DNA of 64,000 bases from an uncultured Clostridia bacterium (lineage in GTDB: Bacteria > Bacillota > Clostridia > TANB77 > CAG-508): positions 70,951-134,950 of the forward strand of contig CANQVJ010000004.1 in assembly GCA_947627295.1 (NCBI GenBank), given 5' to 3'. Positions 54,429-63,251 of the stretch are shown here, piece after piece; positions within the stretch are counted from its first letter, which is position 1, and every line of letters starts with the position of its first letter. The translations under genes were made by a program, and so were the position numbers. Under the pieces are notes generated by a model, which ran no database searches, had not been told where the DNA came from, and saw only the letters and a program-made list of their open reading frames with translations.

Positions 54429-56044
54429 GGTAAATCTCCTTCTATCTTAATTGAAATAAATGAACCAGATTTTGTTCCACCTGATGAAACAACATTTGTA
54501 AGTATTCCGTCTGATTTTAATTTTGCTTTTAAATATCCTAGTTGTTCATATCTTTGGCTTTGTGCAACTATTATTATGTGCCCGTCTTCGCTTTCATTTA
54601 TGCTATCTATTCTAACTTGATTTGGAACTATATACATTAATTGATTTAGCAAATCTGGTATTTCGTTTCTTGATTGATTTCTATCTTCTAATTTATCTTC
54701 TGCTGCTTCTATTTCGTGTACTAGGTCGGCATAATCTGTGGTTCTTTGTTGCAATCTATCGTTATCTTCGGTTGCTGCGGCAATTTGTTCATTTAAGTTA
54801 TCTTGTAAAGCACTTGTTTCTGCCATTTTCTTGTCCATTTGATTGTTCAGCAATGCTGAGAAACCACTGTATATAATGACTGTAAGGAATAATCCTATTG
54901 CAACTCTTAGTAACACTGTTTCAACTAGAGTAAACTTTTCGCCTAGGTCGTTGTTGGCAACTGCTTCTGATATTGCTCCTGAACCTACATCCATTTTCAA
55001 CCAATCTGGAATTCCTTCTCCTGCTGTTTTTGTTTTGAAGTTCATTCCTTTGATTCCTTCGCCTACTCCCATAAGTGCTATTGAAAGAGCTGAGTTTACT
55101 TCCTCATAGTCTTTTACACTTATACCTTCTGTATTTTGTATGAAGTATGGTCTTAAAACTTCACATTGTACATCTTCAAGGTATTCTTGGAAATAGATGT
55201 CTATATTGTTTATCATTGCTCCAGTTCCTGTAAGATATACTTTGTTTATTTTTTCTGTTCCGTCCGATATTATTTTTTTAACGCTACTTACTATTGAGTA
55301 TAGTGTTGGCATTATATCGTCTAAATAGTTTTCGTCTTGATCCGATGTTTGTAACTCTTTTCCTGATGCTGTGTATATTGTTGTGTTTTTACATATTTCG
55401 TATGCTTTTGGGAACGAGTTTTCTTTTAGGTTTATTTTGTTAAGGAAGTCGCCACTTCCATCTTCTAATACATTTATGTGTTGAATTTTACTATCTATAA
55501 CTGTTGTGATTGTTGTTCTTTGTTCTATGTTTACTATTAGAGCATTTTCTTTTTCTACTATGGCATCGTTTACACCAAGTAGGTTTGGTATTGCAAGTGG
55601 AATTGGTGTGATTGTTGTAAGCCTGTGGCCGTTAAGCTGTTGTGTAACTCTGTTCATTTCCACTTTGTTTTCTGAAACATATATTATTTTTAGCTTGTCT
55701 GCTTCGTCTTTTTCGTCAACAACTGCGTATCTTGTTTCAAACACGCTAGGGTTGTATCCGTTTTCCTCACAATATGTTTCGAATTCTGTTTTTATTGCTT
55801 TTTGCAAATCTCCTTTTGATAGTAATGAGAACACTTTAAAATAATTGTAGTTTTCTCCTACTAGGTTGATACTGATTGGTATTTTTTGACTGTATGTTTC
55901 TTCTACTATTTTGTCAATTGCTCTATCTAGTTTTTCATAAAATTCAATTCCGAATGCTTCAACTCTAACATCGTCATGCTCTTTTGAAACTTTTGCGTAT
56001 TTGATAATATTATCTTCAACGAATAATCCTAAACACTTTGCCAT
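54425..56044 (-). CDS. pilM: PilM-PilN fusion protein (actin-like ATPase PilM fused to bitopic PilN)
   Basis: start taken at MAKCLGLFVED with RBS GGAG. Actin-like fold over residues 1-330, TM LLRVAIGLFLTVIIY, then a coiled-coil PilN-like C-domain. Confidence 0.8.
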   Translation of the reverse strand: MAKCLGLFVEDNIIKYAKVSKEHDDVRVEAFGIEFYEKLDRAIDKIVEETYSQKIPISINLVGENYNYFKVFSLLSKGDLQKAIKTEFETYCEENGYNPSVFETRYAVVDEKDEADKLKIIYVSENKVEMNRVTQQLNGHRLTTITPIPLAIPNLLGVNDAIVEKENALIVNIEQRTTITTVIDSKIQHINVLEDGSGDFLNKINLKENSFPKAYEICKNTTIYTASGKELQTSDQDENYLDDIMPTLYSIVSSVKKIISDGTEKINKVYLTGTGAMINNIDIYFQEYLEDVQCEVLRPYFIQNTEGISVKDYEEVNSALSIALMGVGEGIKGMNFKTKTAGEGIPDWLKMDVGSGAISEAVANNDLGEKFTLVETVLLRVAIGLFLTVIIYSGFSALLNNQMDKKMAETSALQDNLNEQIAAATEDNDRLQQRTTDYADLVHEIEAAEDKLEDRNQSRNEIPDLLNQLMYIVPNQVRIDSINESEDGHIIIVAQSQRYEQLGYLKAKLKSDGILTNVVSSGGTKSGSFISIKIEGDLP

Positions 56045-56328
56045 TTCAAACTCCTTTTTCCTTTTTTTATTATTTGTTTTCTTACTATATTTTATAATTT
56101 TATATGAAAAAGTCAATGGTTTTAACGGAAATGTCATATAATTGTAATATAGCTGTAATATAACTATCCGTAAATAATTTTTATTCCTTTCTCCACCCCA
56201 ATTTTCATCGTATTTTCATCTTTTTCATACATATAATTTTAAACAGTTATTTTTTTCAATAAAATGGAAAAACTTATTGCAAAAATATAAAAAATGTAGT
56301 AAAATAGTATCATAAGAAAGGTGGAATA

Positions 56329-56706
56329 ATGGAAGAATATATCAGCATTGGAATAATAGACTTAAAAATTTACTCAAAGCTAACCAATAAGAAAATATTA
56401 ACAAATGAAGTTATTATAACTAATAAACAAATAGAACACATAAATGAAGAAAGAGCAGGAGTATATGATAAGTATAAGAATAATTTAAAATGTATAATAG
56501 AAAATCCAGATTATATAATTAAAGATCCGAAACATATAGATACAGGATTAGTAATAAAAAAAATTAATAAAAATCTTGTAGTAGTTTTAAAATTGAACAC
56601 TAGTGATAATTCAAGAAAAAATTCAATTATAACTATTTGGGAAATCAAAGATAAAAGGCTTAAAAGGTATTTGGAAACGCATAAAACTCTTTACAAAAAA
56701 GAATAA
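56329..56706 (+). CDS. hypothetical small protein (125 aa)
   Basis: RBS GGTGGAA upstream. No confident family assignment. Confidence 0.4.
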   Translation: MEEYISIGIIDLKIYSKLTNKKILTNEVIITNKQIEHINEERAGVYDKYKNNLKCIIENPDYIIKDPKHIDTGLVIKKINKNLVVVLKLNTSDNSRKNSIITIWEIKDKRLKRYLETHKTLYKKE

Positions 56707-56723
56707 ATATGCTATAATAAGAG

Positions 56724-56866
56724 TACAATTAAGATAGTATGAAAATTGAGGTGGACAATGGCTTCCACGCACCCTAGTGGTCAAAAGAGATGAAAGTACT
56801 GCCAGACTTTCCAATTTTCATACTAATATAGAGTAGTTGTTTTTTGCAACTACTCTACTTTTTTTA
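56724..56866 (+). ncRNA. candidate small RNA (about 140 nt) with its own sigma-A-type promoter and an intrinsic terminator
   Basis: -35 TTTACA (56690-56695), 16-nt spacer, extended -10 TGcTATAAT (56709-56717). Closing stem AGUAUGAAAAUUG/CAAUUUUCAUACU around a GC-rich core. Terminator AGAGTAGTTG-TTTTTT-CAACTACTCT plus T-run (56829-56866). Confidence 0.4.
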
Positions 56867-58177
56867 GTTTGGCTATGAAAAAGCCGTCATTATTTTCGTC
56901 AGGCATAAAATTTTCCAATTTTTTAATTGTAAATTTTTCGTGATTTTTTAGAAAATTTTCAACAATATCTTCATTTTCTGACTTTAACACACTACAAGTT
57001 GAATAAACAAGTTCTCCACCATTTTTCAAATATTGTGAACAAGTTTCTAAAATTTCTTTTTGCAACTTCTTTATTTCTTCTATATCTTTAATGGTTTTAC
57101 TCCACTTAATATCTGGCTTCCTTTTTAAAACTCCAAGTCCCATACAAGGAACATCCAATAAAATTTTATCAAAATAATTTTTATATTTTTCCTTATAAAT
57201 TGTGGCATCGTTTTGCTCCAACTTTATATTTGTAACTCCAAGCCTTTTTGCTGTATCTTCAACCAATTTTAAACGATGTTTATGTAAATCCCAGGCAATA
57301 ATTTCTCCTTCATTTTTCATTAACTCTGCAAGAAATGTAGTCTTTCCACCAGGTGCACAACACGCATCTAAAACTTTTTCATTTGACTTTGGATTTAATA
57401 TTTTGCTTGGAAGTGAGGCCACTTCGTCTTGAATTGTGTATAAACCTTCTTGAAAACTTTTCTTCCCTTCAATATTTTTTGCGCTATTTATATATAGGAA
57501 GTTTTTTAATTTTCCATTTTCAGTTTTTATATTTTCTTCTTCTAAAATTTCTTTCAATTTTTCCCTTGTTGTTTTTAATGTGTTTACTCTTATACTGAAT
57601 TTTGGTTTTAAATTAGAACTTTTGCAATAATCTTCTACTACTTCATATGGCTTGCCGTTCTTCTAACATTTTTTCTATTATCCACTCAGGCATTGAATAT
57701 TTTATGCTAAGTTTTTTTACTTTATCTTCTTTATTGTTTTGGCCCGCTTCTTGAAATTGAGAAGTGCATAATTTTTCATAGTCTTGTTTTTCAATATGTC
57801 TTAATACTGCATTTACAAATCCACTACTTGCTCTATGGCCGGTATCTTTTTGCTAACTTTACTCCTTCGTTTACCACTGCTGATTTTGGAATTTTATCTA
57901 AAAATATAATTTGGTATGCTCCCATTCTTAAAATGTTCAAAATCCAAATTGAGATTTTTTTGAATTTTACTTTTGAGTGCATTTTTATAATTTCGTCTAG
58001 GGTAAGTTTCCATGTGGTAACTCCATAAACTAATTCTGAAACTAGGCCTCTATCCTTGTAATTCAATGCTTTGCCAGCCTCACTATTTAGAATCTTCTCC
58101 AATGCTATATTTGAAAAAGCTCCATTTTTCTCTATTTCATATAAGGTTTTTAATGCTATTTCTCTTGCTCCGCTCAT
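56850..58177 (-). CDS. rsmB: 16S rRNA m5C967 methyltransferase RsmB (Sun), disrupted by two frameshifts (near 57840 at ccggcc and near 57660 at acggcaagcc)
   Basis: N-terminal NusB-like domain (ORF 57833-58213, start MSGAREIAL after RBS GGGGGAG). Fmu domain DACCAPGGKTT..DVPCMGLGV in ORF 56850-57557. The middle 90 aa are readable only by switching frames twice. Confidence 0.7.
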
Positions 58178-58231
58178 TATCTCCCCCCTGTAATATTTTT
58201 TATTTTTTTTCATATACTAAGGTAGTCAAAT

Positions 58232-58345
58232 TTGACAAGTTAAATATTTTATGTTACAATATATTTAACTTAAGCAGGGAGCAGTGGATTCCCCATAATG
58301 GAGTCCCAACATTAAATTGTTATGCTCCTTGCCCATTTTTTATTG
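58232..58345 (+). ncRNA. candidate small RNA (about 80 nt) driven by a near-consensus promoter and ended by an intrinsic terminator
   Basis: -35 TTGACA (58232-58237), 17 nt, TGtTACAAT (58252-58260). Transcript folds as closing stem GCAGGGAGCA/UGCUCCUUGC around hairpins GGAUUCC-CCAUAAU-GGAGUCC and AACA-UUAAAU-UGUU, then CCAUUUUUUAUU. Confidence 0.4.
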
Positions 58346-59095
58346 AAAATACTCTTCAGGAAAATTTTTTGTTAAAAATTTAGTTTTGCTCATATCGGTT
58401 TTGGAAATTAATTTTTTATAGTTATTTATACAATGGTTGTTTTTTAAGCTGTTGTATTTTTTGTACCCTCTCATTATATTTAAATACTGACATATGTAAA
58501 AGGAGTATATATCAGCTATTTGTATAAAGTTAGTATCTCTTGATTTTAAAAATAAAGCTTGCTCTATAATCGATTTATTTCCTAAAGATATTTTAGGATA
58601 TATGTTTTTTAAATATTGAGGAATACTAATTATATCATCTAGAAAAATAATTCCTTTTTCCTCTTTTTCTTCTAGAAATTGTGAAGTCAAATTATATAAT
58701 AAACAAAAAGAATATATATAAGGGTCTATTTTTATATAATCTCCCATTTTTTCCTGTATATTTGCTTTAAATCCTTTTTTGTCTATGGCTATAAAACGAA
58801 AAGTAATATTTAATTCCATTATTAAGTCTACAAGTTTATCTAATATAACAAAATTCTTTTCCCAATCTTCAATATGAAATATTGATTTATGTGGTGGACT
58901 AAAAATTTCATTTGTATGAATTTCATTACACTTAAAATAATCACAAATCTTAATTTTTTCTTTATTAAAAAAACTATTTGTTATATGCCAATCAGAATGA
59001 TTAAGAACAAATCCACCTAAAACAAATATAGGCTGTTGTTTATTATCTAAATCAGTACCAGTATTGCCACTCTCGTCTAAATATGTTAAATACAT
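58340..59095 (-). CDS. DUF3800-family protein
   Basis: N-terminal MYLTYLDESGNTG (the Y-x-DESG hallmark of DUF3800), 251 aa. Confidence 0.6.
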   Translation of the reverse strand: MYLTYLDESGNTGTDLDNKQQPIFVLGGFVLNHSDWHITNSFFNKEKIKICDYFKCNEIHTNEIFSPPHKSIFHIEDWEKNFVILDKLVDLIMELNITFRFIAIDKKGFKANIQEKMGDYIKIDPYIYSFCLLYNLTSQFLEEKEEKGIIFLDDIISIPQYLKNIYPKISLGNKSIIEQALFLKSRDTNFIQIADIYSFYICQYLNIMRGYKKYNSLKNNHCINNYKKLISKTDMSKTKFLTKNFPEEYFQ

Positions 59096-59223
59096 ATTTC
59101 ACCTCTTTTAGTTAAATTTTTATTTGCCTCTATATTCTATTTTCTTTAAAATTATAACAAAAAAAGTAAATAATGTAAAGAGTAGTTCAGATTTTTTTGA
59201 AAATTAGTGTAATTTATATGACA

Positions 59224-59243
59224 AAAAGCACTGAAGTGCTTTT
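59224..59243 (-). terminator. weak intrinsic terminator after the DUF2442 gene
   Basis: AAAAGCACT-GA-AGTGCTTTT hairpin. Confidence 0.4.
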
Positions 59244-59254
59244 CAATATCACAA

Positions 59255-59509
59255 TTATAAAATTGAATTCTCCCAAAGTTCGTTACAAGATAAATCTAAC
59301 TTATCACTCCATGAAACTCCATATCCGCCAGGTTCAACTTTAACTTGTTCAAAAAGTTTTTCGTCAGTTTCAAAGGTTTTAAAATCTGGCCATTTTTCAA
59401 AAACTTTACTTACATCATATAATTTTGATTCTCCATTTTCAAAGATTACTTTTATAATATATTTTTCCATAGGTTCAACACTTTTTACTTTTTGAAACAT
59501 ACTTATCAC
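59255..59509 (-). CDS. DUF2442-family small protein, an orphan with no DUF4160 partner
   Basis: 84 aa, YIIKVIFENGESKLYDVSKV..VEPGGYGVSWSDKLDLSCNELWENS pattern typical of DUF2442. Confidence 0.55.
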   Translation of the reverse strand: MISMFQKVKSVEPMEKYIIKVIFENGESKLYDVSKVFEKWPDFKTFETDEKLFEQVKVEPGGYGVSWSDKLDLSCNELWENSIL

Positions 59510-59567
59510 CCCCTTCTATATTAATAATTAAAGGACTTCTCTTTTGAGAAATCCTTTTGCATTTTAA

Positions 59568-59705
59568 TCTTCCACTAAAGCAGGAACTCTCTCATTTTTA
59601 ATTCTCCACTGAAGCAGGAACTCTCTCATTTTTAATTCTCCACTGAAGCAGGAACTCTCTCATTTTTAATTCTCCACTGAAGCAGGAGCTCTCTCATTTT
59701 TTAAT
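59568..59705. repeat. tandem direct repeat, 4 x 34 bp (CTCCACTGAAGCAGGAACTCTCTCATTTTTAATT), head-to-tail with no spacers
   Basis: read directly. Units 2 and 3 are identical, unit 1 has +1 T and G>A, unit 4 has A>G and +1 T. Confidence 0.85.
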
Positions 59706-59789
59706 AACATATATTAGTCTTTACTATTGTACTAATTCTATCATATTTCACTTACTAAATCAACAAATATGCATAAAATTTTAGTGCTT

Positions 59790-61574
59790 TTAGATTTCCA
59801 TAATTATTGGAATTATCATTGGGTTACGCTTTGTTTTCATGAAGATGTAGTCCCTTAAAGTATCGCGTACTGCAGATTTAATAGTTCCCCAATCGCGTAC
59901 TCCTCTTTGTTCACATTTTCTAACTTCATTTCTAACTACTGATTTTACATCTTCCATTAAAGTTTCAGATTCCCTTACATATACAAATCCTCTAGAAATC
60001 ACTTCTGGCCCTGAAACTACATTTCCTGAAACTGAATCCATAGTTAGAACAATTACAATTAGACCGTCTTGTGAAAGATGTTGCCTATCTCTTAAAACAA
60101 TATTTCCAACATCTCCAACTCCCAATCCGTCAACTAAAACTCTACCACTTTGTACTGCTCCATTAATTTCTGCACTATCAGAATTTATTTCTAATATTCT
60201 ACCATTTGCCAATGTAATGATATTTTCTTTATTTACTCCCATGCTTTGAGCTGTTTCACTATGTGCTCGCAACTGCCTATATTCACCGTGAACAGGTATA
60301 AAGAATTTTGGTTTTGTAAGTGCTAAAATAAGTTTTTGTTCTTCTTGGCAAGCGTGTCCTGAAACATGCACTGCTTCCAATGAACTATATACAACCTCAG
60401 CCCCTAATTGCATTAAATCGTCAATAACTTTTGAAACATATTTCTCGTTTCCTGGAATAGGCGTTGCAGAAATTATAATTAAATCATTAGAAGTTATTTT
60501 TACTTTTCTGTGGTCTCCTGCTGCCATCCTTGTAAGCGCAGACATCGGCTCTCCTTGGCTTCCAGTAGTTATTAATACTAAATTTTCATCCGGATAATTT
60601 TTTATCATATCAATGTCAATAAAAATATCGTCTGGGCAATCAATGTAGCCTAATTCTTTTGCGGTTGTAACCATGTTTACCATACTACGACCACATATAG
60701 CAATTTTTCTATTATATTTTACTGCACAGTTTACTATTTGCTGAACTCTGTGGACATTTGATGCAAATGTTGCTACTACTATTCTTTTTGTGCAATGTAA
60801 GAATTGTTTATCAAGTACTTCTCCAACAGAACTTTCAGACATTGTAAACCCTTTTCTTTCAGCATTTGTACTATCTGACATAAGTGCAAGTATTCCCTTT
60901 TTACCAAGTTCAGCAATTCTTCCAAAATCCATTAGCTTGCCGTCTATTGGTGTGTAATCTATTTTGAAATCTCCAGTGTGTAAGATTGTTCCCACAGGAG
61001 TTGTAATTGCTAGCATAACAGAATCAGGTATGCTGTGTGAACTTCTGATAAATTCAACAGAAAAATATTTTCCAAGTTTAAATTTTGCGCCTTGTGCAAT
61101 TTCATGTAGTTTGGTACTACGTAACAACCTGTGTTCTTCTAGTTTGTTTCTGATAAGCCCGGCTGTTAATTTTGTTGCATATATTGGTACATTAATTTGT
61201 TTTAATAAATATGGTATTGCTCCAATGTGATCTTCGTGCCCGTGGGTTATAACAAGTCCTTTAATTTTTTCTTGATTTTTTAGAAGATATGTTATATCTG
61301 GAATAACTAAATCGACTCCAAGCATATCGTCTTCTGGAAATGAAAGTCCACAGTCTACTATGAACAATTCGTCTTCATATTCAAAAACAGTTATATTTTT
61401 ACCAATTTCATGTAATCCCCCAAGTGGTATTATTTTTAATTTTGATTTCTTAAAAATAGTTTCGTTTTGTTTTTTTGTTGCAGGTTTTCTTCTAGAAGGT
61501 GCTCTTCTTTGAGCAGGCTTTTTAGAAACAGCCTTTCTAGAAGCTGCTTTTTTGCTTATGTTTTTTTCTTCCAT
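59790..61574 (-). CDS. rnj: ribonuclease J with a 45-aa Lys/Arg-rich N-terminal extension
   Basis: IIPLGGLHEIGKN, ITHGHEDHIGAIPYLL metallo-beta-lactamase motif, beta-CASP and C-terminal domain, 594 aa. Confidence 0.9.
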   Translation of the reverse strand: MEEKNISKKAASRKAVSKKPAQRRAPSRRKPATKKQNETIFKKSKLKIIPLGGLHEIGKNITVFEYEDELFIVDCGLSFPEDDMLGVDLVIPDITYLLKNQEKIKGLVITHGHEDHIGAIPYLLKQINVPIYATKLTAGLIRNKLEEHRLLRSTKLHEIAQGAKFKLGKYFSVEFIRSSHSIPDSVMLAITTPVGTILHTGDFKIDYTPIDGKLMDFGRIAELGKKGILALMSDSTNAERKGFTMSESSVGEVLDKQFLHCTKRIVVATFASNVHRVQQIVNCAVKYNRKIAICGRSMVNMVTTAKELGYIDCPDDIFIDIDMIKNYPDENLVLITTGSQGEPMSALTRMAAGDHRKVKITSNDLIIISATPIPGNEKYVSKVIDDLMQLGAEVVYSSLEAVHVSGHACQEEQKLILALTKPKFFIPVHGEYRQLRAHSETAQSMGVNKENIITLANGRILEINSDSAEINGAVQSGRVLVDGLGVGDVGNIVLRDRQHLSQDGLIVIVLTMDSVSGNVVSGPEVISRGFVYVRESETLMEDVKSVVRNEVRKCEQRGVRDWGTIKSAVRDTLRDYIFMKTKRNPMIIPIIMEI

Positions 61575-61811
61575 ATTTTTTCTCTCTCCTTTAATTTAAT
61601 TTTCTTAAGTAAAACACAAAATAATCTTTTGCTCGTGCAAAAGTTCAAGACTTACCCCTTTTTAGGTAAATCTTTTTTTAATATTCAATTTCCGTTCAAC
61701 TTAATTTAATAATTTAAAAATCTCTTACTTTGCTCTCATAGCAACAACTGTGTTATATTTTACCACATTTTCCCCAAAAAGTCAAGAAATGTGCATGAAT
61801 TTTGCACTCAA

Positions 61812-61861
61812 GTGTCAAAAACGTGAAACTCTACCCGAAATCATGTGTCAAAAACGTGAAA
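61812..61861 (+). promoter_or_regulatory. two 17-bp direct repeats (GTGTCAAAAACGTGAAA) 16 bp apart, immediately upstream of a strong promoter. A candidate operator
   Basis: repeats at 61812-61828 and 61845-61861, then -35 TTGACT (61868-61873), 17 nt, TATAAT (61891-61896), RBS GTGGAGG, ATG at 61914. Confidence 0.5.
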
Positions 61862-61913
61862 TTCAATTTGACTAACATGAAAAAATAATATATAATAATA
61901 GTGGAGGAATCAA

Positions 61914-63218
61914 ATGATGAAAAGAAAAATTTATTCAAAATTAATTGAGTGGAAAAATACTGGTATGCAAAAACCATTAATGGTAATTGGTGCCAGGCAA
62001 ATAGGAAAAACATATATAATAAATGAATTTTGCAAAAATGAATTTGAAGATTATGTGTATATCAATTTATTAGAACATGCAGAAATAATAAAAATCTTCA
62101 AAGAAAAAATTAATACTGCTGAAAAATTTAAAAGGATGAAAATATATCTTGATAAAGATATTAATACAGAAAACACTATAATATTTTTTGACGAAATTCA
62201 AGAGTCTGAAGAGTTAATAAGTGCTTTAAAATATTTTAATGAAGCAGAAGAAACCTTTAAAATAGTTTCCGCAGGAAGTTTGTTAGGCGTAAAACTTAAG
62301 AGGATGCACTCGTCGTTTCCAGTAGGAAAAGTTAAAATGTTAAATATGTATCCAATGGATTTTGAGGAATTTTTAATAGCTAATGGAAACCAACTTCTTA
62401 TAGACGAAATTAAAGATTGCTATCAAAACTTAAAACCAATGGATTCTATATTACATAATAAAGCATTGGATTTATATAGATTATATCTATGTATTGGTGG
62501 TATGCCAGAAGCTGTAAAAAATTTAGTTAATAATGATAAAGATATTTTAAAATACGACAAAAGCATTATTGAAGATATTTATAATTCTTATCTAAATGAT
62601 ATGAATAAATATGTAGAAAATAAATTTGAAGCTAGCAAAATTGAAAATATATATAAATCAATTCCAGCTCAGTTAGGAAACCAAAGTAATAAATTTCAAT
62701 ATGGAAAAATTGCATCAAATGCTAGAAAGAGAGATTATGAAACTCCACTAAATTGGCTTCTTTCAAGTACAATGGTTCATAAATGTCCTGTTTTGAAAAA
62801 GCCGGAAATTCCACCACTAGGTTTTGTTATAGAAGACCATTTTAAACTTTATTTAAGTGATGCAGGAATTTTATTAAGTATGTTACAAGTAAAATATAAT
62901 GATATAATATTGGATAATCTTCTACAATATAAAGGAATTATAGCAGAAAACTATGTTGCAACACAGTTAGTGGCAAATAAAAATCCTTTAATTTATTGGG
63001 AATCTGGAAATAAGGCAGAGGTTGATTTCATTTTATATAATGAAGAAGGAATTATACCTATTGAGGTAAAGGCAAATGATAATGTGGGAAGTAAAAGTTT
63101 GAGCATTTATATTAAAAGGTATAATCCTAAATATGCAATAAGAATTTCTACTAAAAATTTCGGATTTAAAAATAATATAAAATCAATTCCATTGTATGCA
63201 GCTTTTTGCATAAAATAG
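61914..63218 (+). CDS. AAA_14/DUF4143-family ATPase
   Basis: Walker A GARQIGKT, Walker B IIFFDEIQ, C-terminal DUF4143-like region, 434 aa. Confidence 0.7.
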   Translation: MMKRKIYSKLIEWKNTGMQKPLMVIGARQIGKTYIINEFCKNEFEDYVYINLLEHAEIIKIFKEKINTAEKFKRMKIYLDKDINTENTIIFFDEIQESEELISALKYFNEAEETFKIVSAGSLLGVKLKRMHSSFPVGKVKMLNMYPMDFEEFLIANGNQLLIDEIKDCYQNLKPMDSILHNKALDLYRLYLCIGGMPEAVKNLVNNDKDILKYDKSIIEDIYNSYLNDMNKYVENKFEASKIENIYKSIPAQLGNQSNKFQYGKIASNARKRDYETPLNWLLSSTMVHKCPVLKKPEIPPLGFVIEDHFKLYLSDAGILLSMLQVKYNDIILDNLLQYKGIIAENYVATQLVANKNPLIYWESGNKAEVDFILYNEEGIIPIEVKANDNVGSKSLSIYIKRYNPKYAIRISTKNFGFKNNIKSIPLYAAFCIK

Positions 63219-63251
63219 AGAAATTGCTTTTTACGGCAATTTCTCTTTTTC

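Noticed and set aside
45680-56044. Prophage or integrative element around the pilus operon
   Set aside because: There are no integrase, terminase, capsid, relaxase or flanking direct repeats. The cluster is a chromosomal pilus operon bounded by housekeeping genes
56329-56706. The 125-aa plus-strand ORF as a PBECR/RelE-like nuclease toxin
   Set aside because: The motif resemblance (..IEHINEER..) is vague and from memory only, and no partner antitoxin is present. Left as hypothetical
59568-59705. Possible CRISPR array
   Set aside because: The four 34-bp units are directly adjacent with no spacers, and no cas genes are nearby. It is a plain tandem repeat
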